From: Octopus bimaculoides
Taxonomy: Eukaryota
NCBI RefSeq assembly: GCF_001194135.2
Contig: NC_068981.1
Location: forward strand, 140,644,007 to 140,708,006
DNA: 64,000 nt
Direction: 5' to 3'
Positions 50,423 through 64,000 of the stretch are shown piece after piece (positions within the stretch are counted from its first letter, which is position 1; each line of letters opens with the position of its first letter). The notes below the pieces were generated by a model that was not told the origin of the DNA, did not search any database, and was given only the letters and a program-made list of their open reading frames with translations. The position numbers were made by a program, and so were the translations under genes.

Positions 50423-53400
50423 ATATAAAACCACACCCTAACATCTAATCACGAGAATTTATTCCCTAATGTAACCTTGGATAGATTTTGCAAGCAAATT
50501 AAAGACAGAAACATCAGGATTGTTACACTATGGGCATTTGTTCGATTAAACTATGAATTTGAGACCAGCCAACAGTAAAGATTTGAATATAAATATTTTC
50601 AATTGTTCTTTCTGACGATTCTAATTTCAAATACAGTGAATAAGATTCAGGCAATTACATGGTAGGCTCCTTTCTAAATTGATATGCCCTCTAACAATTT
50701 TGTGTTTTAGTAGATATTACTGAATATAAGAAAATGTTTCGCTGACATAAAAACAGAAAGCAGCCAAAAATATTCATCTATGCTATGCTGCTAAACCGCC
50801 AAAATAGTTGAAAGTAAAGTATTATGATGCAATCTAATGTATAACTTCCGCCACTCTCAAACTAATTTGGCAACAAAATACGAAGTGATGATTATTTAAT
50901 ATCCTAATTGCTCGCTAATGTGTTGTTCTATAACTGTTATATTGGCAACATTCCGTATCATGAATACCGATAAATATGTAGTAATTTTCACTGGAGCAAG
51001 GTAATGTTTTCGTATACTTAAATAACAACTGAATGCATTAAAACTTATTTGTAACTTTTGGCCCATTTATATTTGATAAAAAAAGAAGTAATTTAGACGT
51101 AAACTATTAACCAATTCTCTCCTGGAATCGATTTACATTTTTGAACATGGGTATTTGACTTAAGTTACTGTATCCTCAGATGATGTACTAATTATTAACC
51201 TCTTATACTGATGTAGGTAATCCAATTCTTATGCGACATGTTATGTCTGTATTTTAAATCTTATAAGAAATGATTCCCAGATATTTATTTGTCTCTTCAC
51301 CAAAGACATACTTTGAAAATGCTTGAGATACTTCAGTGAAGGTTCCAAAATGATAGAAAACATCCTGTAGCTGCAGTTATTCGATTCCTAAATCACATTT
51401 TAGTCTAACGGAAACAATTATATTTAAAAGAAAAATCAGAGAATGATATTTACGATTATTACACATTTAATATCATTAGGGCGGTTTTTTGTATTTAATT
51501 AATTGGAAATTAGATTTCAATCCCTATAACAATGAAATAAATATTTGTATTAACATATTCCGTATTAACATAAGTACCATAATTATGTATACGTTAACTT
51601 GCTTGTGTCTTTTAAATATATTAGATTACAACTTTCGATCTTTCTCATTCAATTTTTTTATAGCTCAAAATTGTATTCGATGAATTATAGTCCTCCCTAA
51701 CTTGCCATAAAAATCAGTTTTGCTAAAAGGCTATAAAACTGAGAAAAGCAAACATCAAATAAATCCCGTATAGTATTGGGTTCCTCAACTGACACATAAA
51801 AAGAAATTGAGTTCGTGAACGTTGTTGTATAATTTGTATATCGTCTATAAACTGCAATTAATATGAAGGGGAAAACGCTGAAGCAACAAATAACTATGGT
51901 GCCTCCATTACAAATGCTAGGCTAAAGAAAGTGGCACAACGGAAAAATGCATGGAATAATGATAGGAACATAATATTACTTATCTTCTATCAACGTACTT
52001 ATCTACTTATCTTCTGTTAATGAGAATTTCGCACCGCCGAGTTCTTGAACACAGTTATGAAGATCCTTACGCAGTTCTATTAATGATCGATAAATTTAGT
52101 GTTGTCAGCCTAAACTAATTCAGTATGCTCATGCGTCCGTATGCATATACCGTCGTTATTTAAACTGCTTATAAGATAATAATTGTAATGATCTTTATCA
52201 ACAACAGAATATTACAGGACAATTCTTAGAGAGGATAATTTAAATCGAGATGGAAATTATCAAAGAGAATACAGCTTTATTTGTTAATTTTATAGACGGT
52301 GCAAGATAATTATCTAAATGAAACAATGTATTACATGATATGTCATATTAAATACAAATTACATAATTGGAAATAACCATTAAAATGATGACCTCCAAAC
52401 TGAAATTCTGCACTTTGTCCTGAGACAAGATACTTAAACTTACAATTCAGTAGATCAAGTTGTCGTTGTTTATGTCCGAAGCTACTCTGGGAAACTAAAT
52501 GTGTGATCAAACATATTACAGCCATCATCATGCTAACCTTATTTGAGATATATTCTGCAGATTACCAGAGAAATCAATGGACAATGTATTATTTGTTCTA
52601 GACAGTAGCGTGTAATATCAGCGAAATATCTTTAGCAAGCTAAGTTTACGACTTGTGGCTCCTGCAAAGGAAAGTTGATGAGGGTTCGAATCTAAGAAGT
52701 GGAGCGTCACACAATCTCTGTTACACTAGAGAAGTTTTATGATATCATAACGTCGCAGCATGCGATAACCATCGTCACGACTCTATATTTATCTGACCAA
52801 GCAGTTTTCTTAATCAACAGATCCGAACTTATATTACTCAATATACAAATTCATGTTCAAATCATTAATTTTTATGAGCTAAGTTAATGTTCGCGTAAAA
52901 CTCAAGGAAATATAATAACAAATAGGAAACAAAAAAATGGATGTTTTGCAGTATATGTGTTTTCTATCATAAATGTTTTTTTTTTGTTGTTGTTTTCAGT
53001 AAGACGAAGCGATATTGATTTGAATACAAATACAATCAATCATGCATGAAAGATTCGTTACGGGTAAAAGTTTAATTATGTTGTGAACTGATCATGAATA
53101 TCTAATGAGACGCTAAAATATAATATCTCAAGTTGTGTTATGCCGACAAACTAATTCTAGATTACAATCTTTTATATCAAAGAGGATGATTCCTGAAACA
53201 TATTTTAATCCTTTAAATACTCAAATTTGTCCCGTTATGAATACTCAATAGGGCATCACAATTAGCTATAAATAATTTTTTTAATACAAAGCTCTAATAC
53301 ATTTATGTATGATAGAACGCTTCTATTGTTATATGAGGATTAAAACAGACCCAAGCTGCAAGAATATCGTTTGCATTTCATCTATCATTATTACACACAA

Positions 53401-53437
53401 TTATAAAGACGAAAATTCCGATAATTTATGCCTCTTC

Positions 53438-53503
<66 letters not shown>

Positions 53504-53608
53504 CACACAGAACTAAACACGAAATACGCGTACACACCCACATTTATTTATATGTATAGATAAATTATTATATATATGTTTGTGTGTGTACGCCTGTATA
53601 TTGCTGCA

Positions 53609-53943
53609 AGCAGTTCTGTGTGGTTACGAATCTCGCTTTCCAACCACAGTCTTGGTTTCAGTCCTACTGCATGTTACCTTGCTAAAGTCTCTTCTACTAT
53701 AGCCTTGACTCAAACATTGCCTTGCATGTCTTTTTTACTCTTTTCCTTGCTTCAGTCATTTTGACTGCGGCTATGCTGGAGCACCGCTTTTAGTCGAGCA
53801 AGTCGACTTATTCTTTGTAAGCCTCGTACTTATCCTATCGGTCTCTTTTTGACGAACTGCTAGGTTACGGGGACATAAACACACCAGTATCAGTTGTCAA
53901 GCGATGTTTGAATGGAGGGACGCACACACAATCATATGCATAC

Positions 53944-53980
<37 letters not shown>

Positions 53981-54639
53981 NNNNNNNNNNNNNNNNNNNN
54001 NNNNNNNNNNNNNNNNNNNNNNNNNNNNNNNNNNNNNNNNNNNNNNNNNNNNNNNNNNNNNNNNNNNNNNNNNNNNNNNNNNNNNNNNNNNNNNNNNNNN
54101 NNNNNNNNNNNNNNNNNNNNNNNNNNNNNNNNNNNNNNNNNNNNNNNNNNNNNNNNNNNNNNNNNNNNNNNNNNNNNNNNNNNNNNNNNNNNNNNNNNNN
54201 NNNNNNNNNNNNNNNNNNNNNNNNNNNNNNNNNNNNNNNNNNNNNNNNNNNNNNNNNNNNNNNNNNNNNNNNNNNNNNNNNNNNNNNNNNNNNNNNNNNN
54301 NNNNNNNNNNNNNNNNNNNNNNNNNNNNNNNNNNNNNNNNNNNNNNNNNNNNNNNNNNNNNNNNNNNNNNNNNNNNNNNNNNNNNNNNNNNNNNNNNNNN
54401 NNNNNNNNNNNNNNNNNNNNNNNNNNNNNNNNNNNNNNNNNNNNNNNNNNNNNNNNNNNNNNNNNNNNNNNNNNNNNNNNNNNNNNNNNNNNNNNNNNNN
54501 NNNNNNNNNNNNNNNNNNNNNNNNNNNNNNNNNNNNNNNNNNNNNNNNNNNNNNNNNNNNNNNNNNNNNNNNNNNNNNNNNNNNNNNNNNNNNNNNNNNN
54601 NNNNNNNNNNNNNNNNNNNNNNNNNNNNNNNNNNNNNNN

Positions 54640-54733
<94 letters not shown>

Positions 54734-55112
54734 CATATATGACGGGCTTTGGTCGGCCCGAGGCTATAGTAGAAGACACTTGTCCAACGTGCCATGCAGT
54801 GGGACTGAACCCGGAACCATGTGGTTGGGAAGCAAGCTTCTTACCACACACCCACTCCTGCGCCTCTGTGTGTCTGTGTTTGTGTTTCTCCACAACCATC
54901 AATCGACCACTTGTATTGGTTTGTTTACAATCCCTTGTTCTAACGTTCGGCAAAAGTAACCGATAGAATAAGTTCAAGTCTTTAAAAAATACTGAGTTCC
55001 ATTTGTTCTTTTGAAGTTGGCGCCCCAGCATTGACACGGTCCAAGGCCTACAATGTTTTATTGCAAAAATAAATCGGTGCCCCAGCATGACCACAGCTCA
55101 TGAGCTGAAACT
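53609..55112 (+). mobile_element. Older family A SINE split by an inverted younger copy
   Basis: The 5' half is at 53609-53720 and the 3' half at 54866-55112. The tail motif ccccagcat occurs twice. Confidence 0.7.
53731..54865 (-). mobile_element. Family A SINE, inverted, with internal microsatellite expanded across an N gap
   Basis: Tail and 3' half lie at 53731-53935 and the head at 54742-54865, both reverse complementary to 11091-11474. Confidence 0.9.
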
Positions 55113-56061
55113 AGATAAAATGAAAAAAAAATGATAAAATAAAATAGATAAATAAAAAATAAATAAAATAATAAAACCAAATAAAAGTGAATTGCATATG
55201 TTATATCATGCCTCTCTACAATACGGAATATGATCTGAAGGAGAACTATTTGGGTTTATTTGTAGCCATTGTGTTGGTGCAATTTTCGTGTAAAAAATAG
55301 AACCCTTCCTTCTTTTTGCCATCTATAGTACTTAGATAGCATTTAACCAATATGCTGCGATGCATATGTGCTATCGCATAATTCTCCTTTTCAACATTAT
55401 GAACAAGTGAGTACGTCGTAGATGCTTGGCAAGGGTTTCGTGCTTTCCCTATTACGCTTGGCTGTAGAGCCGTAAATTCGTTGCCGATGAATTTTTCAGG
55501 TTTAATTAGCGCACCTAAGTATCTCACATGTATTGTTATTTCTGTTTACATAAAATGATTGACACTAGTCATAACACGTCGATGTTTGGTGGACGACATA
55601 TCAACTCTGACCTTCGCGGCTGGCCGTCCTAATGTAAGAGGATGAGGATCATTTTCTTGACACTAATATTGGACTTCTAATGGGTTTTGTGTGGCAATCA
55701 AGATATGTCACCATGGGAATGATAAATAGCTTCTGTGACCTAACTATTTTTTCGAAATTACCGTATTTCAGATTGTCTAAAATTTCTACCCATTGACATT
55801 TTATGCTTTTGCTTTAAAAAACTTCGTGAATATCACTGGGCTTTTTCCAGATCTGCAGTGGAACGTTTAAGATTGCTTTTCTTTTCATATTAAATACTTT
55901 ACTGTTATGTTTCAAGCTACTGCAATCTAGCCCCTTCGGATGATCTCTACTCAACCACTACACGACGGCTACTCAACTCCTCTACCACGGCTAAACTACA
56001 TCTATTTATATGTCTTGGACGATCCTACTTCTTCGCTTGGGGACGTCGACACAATACTTAC

Positions 56062-56160
56062 TTTGCATGGTATTAATTTTCCTTGCCGATATCGCTCTGC
56101 GGTTCTTGAACTGGTAAACGATCTCTAGCGAGACCCTGCTTTAGTATGTATATTCTTGAG
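56062..56160 (-). other. Candidate start-codon exon (ACC ATG CAA A|GTAAGT), unverified
   Basis: The minus strand reads ...ggaaaattaatACCATGCAAAgtaagtattg, with ATG at 56068-56066. The upstream boundary is unknown. Confidence 0.3.
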
Positions 56161-57961
56161 ATTTCTCTCTAAATATCCTATATCTGCTATACAAAACCAA
56201 TAAATCTATAGGCATGACATAATTGGGGTTCCGATGAACAGGAAATTATTCCACCATTATTTATTACAAAGGAAAATTATGGCATATCCATACACGTGAA
56301 GTCGTTTCAGAGTATTGCACAGTTGATATTTTCCTACACATGCCGATCCAAATACACGAGGAGATCAATATTAATTCGGCATAATTTTTTGCCCGGGACA
56401 ACAGATAAGGAAGACCTTCATCATGGTATATTCGTACCATTCAATAATTTCACAGAAATGAAAAACATTTTGTGAACATTATGAAATGCTAACAGAAAAA
56501 AACAACAACCCCAAAAAACGTTAAAATTATACCAAAGAAAGGTCTCATAGTATATCAAAACAATTTGAGGAATAGTTTGTTGCGCACCAGCTGGAAGATC
56601 AGAGTTCATCCATTGAATATTTCTAGTCAACTATTAATGACAAATGAATCATCTCGTAGTCCGAATATATAAAAGAGTTTCTATAAACGAAAGGGTGAAA
56701 TTATCCAAGTATATATGTATAAATCTGGAAATATCGATAAGCAGAATGCGGTGAATGAATATCAAAACAATCCTAGTAATATGCATTTAGGACATGCTTA
56801 AAACAATGCAGGTGAAAAAAAATAAGCAAAAAGAAACACGTATTTAAACAGTACACTCAGTATTCAGTAAAGAACGCAACTACACTCTACACATTGAATA
56901 CGTTATGAAAAGCATATTCAATACAATAAAAGCAATATACAATATATTGCATACAGCCATGAGCAGAAAAGACGAACTCAATACTGAAGTGATAGTACGC
57001 ATTACAAAGTCAGTAGCAGCAATAATAATAAGAAGATAAATAAGAATAACAATAAGAATATATTCTATTTTTTTCTTATGATTTTTCTGACGTTAAAGTA
57101 ATATATTAATTTAATACAAAAGAAATAAATCGTGTGCATGAGCTTCTTATTATTAGAATAACAAAATATTAAAAAAAAATCAAACGCGTAGAACATAAAC
57201 CATTTATGCATGATGGTGAAAGAGAAAAAAAAACAACATTTAGGGTATAGCTATATCATCAAATAAGATAACGAAAGTACAAAATACACAAGCAGAGTAT
57301 CGTGCCTGTAGCGTTGGGAAAATAATAGATTATATGTAATAAAATATTTACACACCAACTCATCTAGTTTTTAGAAAATAACAGTTAAATTTTCCTTCCT
57401 GAAATGTTCTTCCATGATCTCTGAAATATAATCCGTCTTACGGAATAAATTTTGTTACTTTACCGTAATAGCTTAGATTAATGCTGCAGAAAACAACAAC
57501 AGCAACAATTGTTTAGGCTTCCTATGATTATTAGAGTAATGAAAAGAGCTGAAACCTTATCACCCTAAGACAGCGAACGTTATTTATGCACCAGTCATTT
57601 AAACGAATAATATAAACCAAAGAAATATCTTCTCCAAACAGCAACAATTGATTATAACACGCATTTATTCTTTTGCATACAAGGCAAGATGATAATACTC
57701 AGAACATTGTGTATCCACCATAACAATAAGTTGTGTTTGCAGATATTGCTGTTTGTTAAACAGATATGAAACAATTCCGATTCTAGAGAATTCGTATTTA
57801 TAAATCGATGATTGCATATGGCTTACGTTTACTTCTATTTCCATTTTCAGCATGTTCTTATTGACTATATTGCAGAAGAGAGGCCAATATCAACATGGCT
57901 TAATTTGGTTTCATACAAGGTGTGTTTGTATATGAATGCCTATGCACATGCACGCGCGCGA

Positions 57962-58001
<40 letters not shown>

Positions 58002-58171
58002 GCACGCTCACACACACACACACAGGCACACACACAGGCACGCACACGCAACTTGCACACAGTCATACGATTAGAAACTCGTGTATACTTGTAAACACAT
58101 TCAAACATATATTCATTTCTTAATAAACATGTTTCAGTTATTGGAATGCGGCCATGCTAGAGCCTCACAGT

Positions 58172-58213
<42 letters not shown>

Positions 58214-58286
58214 AAGATGGATTCAGATGGATGGATAGATAGATACATATGTAGATATATAAACATGGATATATATNNNNNNNNNN

Positions 58287-58340
<54 letters not shown>

Positions 58341-60464
58341 AAACAATACTTAAAACAACAAAGGGCCGTAGTCTTTGAGTTGAGGTGAAAGCAAACGATA
58401 GTGTACCAAGTTCAACCTTATTCTCGATTACAACGATGGAGACTCATGTACATACACATAGACGCTTAGAAACACTATGTATCACGCAATAACGGAATTA
58501 CTTTGACTCATCCGATTGTGTGTGCTTTCTTCGGATTTATTGCAAAGAACCATACGTTTAATGTTCAATCTTTTTAATGTATGACAGACAGTACAACATA
58601 TATTTTCATTTAAGAATCCCAAACTATAAGCATGAATGAATATTACAAAATTTTGTTAGAAACAGGGTAAAATTTAATCTCAATCTTCAACGCAATACGA
58701 TACTCATCTCTCTTTAGATAAGACACTTATATTCAACAGCGATGGGGTTTCACTAAATGCTGCATTAGTTTCACTACACTGTAAATATATGTTTCTTTCT
58801 AAAATTGAAAGAACATCTCCACTGAAAACTATTTGTATTTAACTGAACAAATCAAATAATCAAATGATAGAGACAGTGAGAAAGAAACATGAAGAGGAAA
58901 GTGTGAACATAGTGAATTCATAGTAAAATGTAACTGATGCAGTATAAGTATACATTATAAGACTAGCGGAGGAAATAGAGCAAGGTCTTGGATGAATGCG
59001 TTACGGCTTAGAGAAGTATGCGTGTCAATGAAAAGCTACGGCCATCATTTTGAACACATATTGCAATTTGGCAACAATATCGTTGTCTCAAGGTTTCCAG
59101 ACACATATACACTGCATTTTGAGAGAGTGAGACACAGCAGAGCGTCTGTAAAATTTTAAACTTTATTCAAATACCATTGGCAACGGTATTGAAAGGTATA
59201 TACAAATATTGTTGTAGTTCGGGATGGTCAATTTTTGGCTAAATAAACACACGCACTATATATATATTCTTCACACGTTTATTACTATTCTTATTTCATT
59301 ATTTTAACGCATGTCTATTTCCCGGAAATCTTTCGCCACACATCTGTTAGCTCTTCAGCGACATTTTTCGTTTTCGTGTGTGTTCTTGCTCCACTTATTC
59401 CAATCTGTTCTTCTAAGATAGTATCCTTATGTGCGCATGCGTTTGTCTCCTTGTTAGCGCGCGCGCGTGTGTGTATGCTTATGGGGGTGTCATAGATTTT
59501 AGTAGCAGTGTGGCCTTCTCCTCAGCAGCCCCATCCATTCACCCCATTGTGCTGCTGCTGCTGTCCTAAAACCCGAAAAATATGGTACAGTTCCTGTATT
59601 CTTCTGTGTATGTGTGCTCGCCCATGGCAGTTGTTAACGGTATATACAAATATCCATATATATATATATATGTAGGTGTATGTGCGATTGTTTGTGTGAG
59701 TATGCGCATGCAAGTCTAAGAGTCAAACACCAACGCACATACGTACATGCATACACGCACACACACATATATATGCATACATATAAATGTATATGTACAT
59801 ATGTATAGAGGTAATTAAAAGGAGAGAATGTTAAGTAGATTAGAGTGAAGGGGAGTGGGATGTGAAATTGGAAATCTCGCGGAATTGTTTCTGGCTTTTT
59901 GTTAAAAGCGGGGTAGGTTTCATATCGTTCAACCTCAGTGTATAGACTGCAAGTATAGACTGCAGACTACGTCACTGGATGGGCAACTCAATCAGTGACA
60001 TCTCTGCAGAAAACAGCAACACGTTGGCTTTATACACAATAACATATTTACCTTTCAACGGCCTGTTTCGCAGATAGCTTCCTAATCTCTAAACCCTTGC
60101 AATAATATAGGACGGCATGCTACCAAATCTTTGTCTCTTGTCCACATTTTCAATTCCTCGTGTTACTTGCGGCATAGAGAGAATTTGCTCTCATCTCAAA
60201 TTATTACAGATCTACAGATAAAGCTTTAGCAATTTGGACTTCTACAAAATATCTCAAGTAATACTTCCTCAAATACGTTCTAAATCCATGGCAAATTTCG
60301 TTCCCTCCACATGCGCACCAGAGCAAAGTCCCGTTTGTTCATGTCATCAAATTATTTACTCGGCCCTCATAGAATTTTGAACTTCGAAAGATCTAACAAT
60401 ACTCCCGTTGATTTTATTATATACTTTGTAGCGCTCCAGTAACTTTCTTTATCCTCTGCTTGTA

Positions 60465-60495
<31 letters not shown>

Positions 60496-60531
60496 TGTAT
60501 CTATCTATCTATCGATCGATCGATCTGTCTG

Positions 60532-60593
<62 letters not shown>

Positions 60594-60687
60594 GGTATAC
60601 ACACACACACGCACACGCAGATATTACATGTATATATGTATATACACACACATATATACGTATATACATATATACACACATATATAC

Positions 60688-60728
<41 letters not shown>

Positions 60729-60785
60729 TATACGTATATATATACACACAAATATACGTATATATGCGTATATATATTTGGCATT

Positions 60786-61440
60786 TTTTGAGAAAGGTCC
60801 ATTAGATTCATTGAACGTTTCTTAGTCCAGGATGAGAGTTGTCTTCATCACTTTGATCCAGAAACAGAGACAATTCATAAAGTGGAAACTAACCCTAACC
60901 CTAACCCTAACCCTACTCCACAGAAGGCCGAAGTCTTTACATCTACAGGGAAGGTAATGGTCTCACGTCGGGGGATGCAAAAACCATTATATTTATTGAC
61001 TATTTACAAAAAACTCAACACCATCAAAATGGATTATTATACTAACATACTGAGGCACTTACGAAAAGATATCCAGACAAAATGCCCAGGAAAGCTTCAG
61101 AAAGCGGTCTTGTTTCATTAGTGCCCACGCACACAAGTCCTTCATTTCAACAGCGGCTGTGCGTGAGTTTGACTTTCAATTGGTTGATTACTCTTCCTAT
61201 TTTCTCGACTTGGCCAACATTTCCTATCATTTTTCTCTAAACATTAAAAAATAAGATTGGGATCCAGTATCGCAGTGGGATGATGACATTATATCTGCTG
61301 GATGAACGTTTCATCAACTGTCCCGAAGCGCTGCAGCATCGATGGAATAAGTGCGTTGACAGCAAGGGGAAAAAATAAAGCTCATTTGGTCACATTCAAT
61401 GAACTTGGTCAGCCTGTCAACATTTCAGCCGATCTTCGTA
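60786..61440 (+). mobile_element. Mariner (DD34D) transposase remnant with right terminal inverted repeat
   Basis: [62 protein letters not shown] and [15 protein letters not shown]. It ends ...atttcagccgatcttcgTA. Confidence 0.9.
60889..60915. repeat. Interstitial telomere-type repeat (CTAACC)4.5, i.e. (TTAGGG)n on the minus strand
   Basis: Directly visible, inside the mariner remnant. Confidence 0.85.
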
Positions 61441-61591
61441 AGCGTATAAATGAAATATATGTATACAAAGACACAAACACACAGGCACAGACAGACAGAC
61501 AGACGCGCGCGCGCGCACATCTTCACAAACGCGCGCGCACACACGCACACACTCACATATACATGCAGATATATATATACATACGTATATA

Positions 61592-61690
<99 letters not shown>

Positions 61691-63128
61691 ATATATATAT
61701 ATGTACGTATGTACGTATATATATATAATATATATACGCACACACACACATATATATGCATATGTAGTTGTATAACAGAATATGTGTTCGTGTATGTACA
61801 CACACGTACACTCACAGACACGCGCACACACATACGCACATACTCACACTCACCCCACACACAAACATACACATACGCACACACACACACACACACATAC
61901 ACACACACATATATATATATATGTATATATGCACATATATACATAACACTTATATTGAAAAGCTATAGAGACACACCTACCTGTATATTTATACTTTTAC
62001 ACACGTATTCAAAAATAGTGCTTTAGATCAATTTCAGTTGATAAGCTTAACACTGATAACTATCTCCTTCGAAGTATATCAATTCAATTGTGATAGAACA
62101 CCGAAATAGATTTTCTTCATTGTCATTTTTAATAATTCATCTTATATTATTTGTTGCATTCTAAGGAATTTCCATTTTTTATTCCTTTTCATTTTCACCC
62201 AGACAATTTAATTTTGCAATACATTCATTGAATTTCTGCTAAAAATGTTGATAAATTGTTATATATACACAATCACCAGTCTGCATTCATGCACATATAT
62301 GCACGTATATGCATATAAATATTTCAAAACGCACACGCATACGGATATACTTGTCTGTTTTTCTGTGATGATAACACTTTATCTATAATGTTATGCTCAA
62401 GAATTACTCTCATACCGTGGAAACTATTGTAGTAAATTTTCATTTCTTGGCCGATTCAAAAGGTTATACAATAATACATACATAAAAATGCTCACACATA
62501 CATACATACATATATATATATATAGATGGATAGATAGATATAGGGTGATTGATATAGGTGATTTATGTATATAGGTATATACATACATGTATACACACAC
62601 ATATACTTACACAAGCTCATGCATAGATATATAATTTGTAATAGTTGTTCAAACGCATCAATAAAAGAATAAGAGAGATAAACGCTCCACGTTCACATAG
62701 CCACTCGTACATGATACATTTTGGAAACCTCATTACTATCTACGTTTAAATACATACATCTGTGAANNNNNNNNNNNNNNNNNNNNNNNNNNNNNNNNNN
62801 NNNNNNNNNNNNNNNNNNNNNNNNNNNNNNNNNNNNNNNNNNNNNNNNNNNNNNNNNNNNNNNNNNNNNNNNNNNNNNNNNNNNNNNNNNNNNNNNNNNN
62901 NNNNNNNNNNNNNNNNNNNNNNNNNNNNNNNNNNNNNATACACACGCAAGTATATTATAAAGAACATTTTTTACTCTATATTCATCAATTTCTGCTCCAT
63001 TTTTTCCTCATCATATATATATATATATATGTGTGTGCGTGTGTGTGTGTTTGTGTGTACACATACACACACACACACATATATATATATGTATACACAC
63101 ACGCACACGCACACATACACACACACAT

Positions 63129-63174
<46 letters not shown>

Positions 63175-64000
63175 ATATATATATATATAGATGGATAGAT
63201 AGATATAGGGTGATTGATATAGGTGATTTATGTATATAGGTATATACATACATGTATACACACACATATACTTACACAAGCTCATGCATAGATATATAAT
63301 TTGTAATAGTTGTTCAAACGCATCAATAAAAGAATAAGAGAGATAAACGCTCCACGTTCACATAGCCACTCGTACATGATACATTTTGGAAACCTCATTA
63401 CTATCTACGTTTAAATACATACATCTGTGAATATATATGAATATGTATGAAAGTATGTTGATATTTATCTATATCTATTCTTTGTTGTTCTAGAATTGTA
63501 AAGAATTCTTAGATAAATCAAATATTTCTGAAGGAAAAGCAATCAGATTGCGTAATTTTTTTCTTCTTTTAGGCTTATGGTCAAAAGAATACCGTAAAAT
63601 GTAAAATGAAAACGGAAACAAAATTCTGTTATAAAATTCGTTTGATTTAATGCCTAACTTTCGAATTCACTGAAATCCATAATTTCAGAAGGACAGGTAA
63701 TTATGGGAATACATTTTTGTGCAGCAAAATCAATGAAAAAAATATGGAAACCCATAGACATGTGCAACATAACAAACCCGTACGTACTAATACAAATCAT
63801 CGCACTGGAAATGGCCTATCAGGTTTTATCATAGATCTATCTCTCTATCTGCTCTTCTTTCTTTCTTTCCTTCTTTTATCATTATTTCTTTATAACTGTC
63901 TGTCTATCTATATACACAGACATATGTATGTACACACAGACACAGACACACAGGCACACACACAAATACACAGACACGCAGACATATATATATATATATA

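Noticed and set aside
52960-53070. Strong + strand acceptor (ttttgttgttgttttcag) as a coding exon
   Set aside because: All three frames hit stops before any donor; a non-coding or terminal exon cannot be assessed.
709-63265. Dozens of long ORFs in the supplied track rich in X, YI, HT or CV repeats
   Set aside because: They are artefacts of N gaps and (TA)n/(CA)n/(TG)n microsatellites that lack stop codons.
62510-63430. Essentially identical ~255-bp direct repeat (62510-62765 and 63172-63430)
   Set aside because: The first copy ends exactly at an N gap, which is typical of an unmerged contig overlap or haplotype duplication.

Overview
Eukaryotic, AT-rich, repeat-dense draft-assembly sequence. 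It has at least 13 sizeable N gaps, mostly bordered by (TA)n/(CA)n/(TG)n tracts. The SINE families and microsatellite load point to a cephalopod (Octopus-like) genome; this is inferred from recalled repeat families, not from a database search. I found no intact host protein-coding gene, rRNA, true tRNA gene or CRISPR array, so the window looks intronic or intergenic. It holds three tRNA-derived SINE families: an OR/CORE-like family with an internal microsatellite, a Meta-domain-like family, and a third family at 4.7 and 47 kb. Decayed transposons include mariner DD34D, two maT/DD37D copies, Tigger/pogo joined to a Helitron PIF1 helicase, R4/Dong, HERO-like and CR1/L2-group LINE pieces. There are also three long foldback elements. 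The most notable structure (43.6-45.6 kb) is a three-level nest. A CR1/L2-group LINE is split by a tRNA-headed, (AAT)n-containing SINE whose tail folds as a minimal hammerhead ribozyme, and an R4/Dong LINE sits in that SINE's (AAT)n tract. Further hammerhead-like motifs occur at 7.2, 31.4, 39.6 and 47.0 kb. A few splice-site-bounded islands may be exons but cannot be validated from sequence alone.
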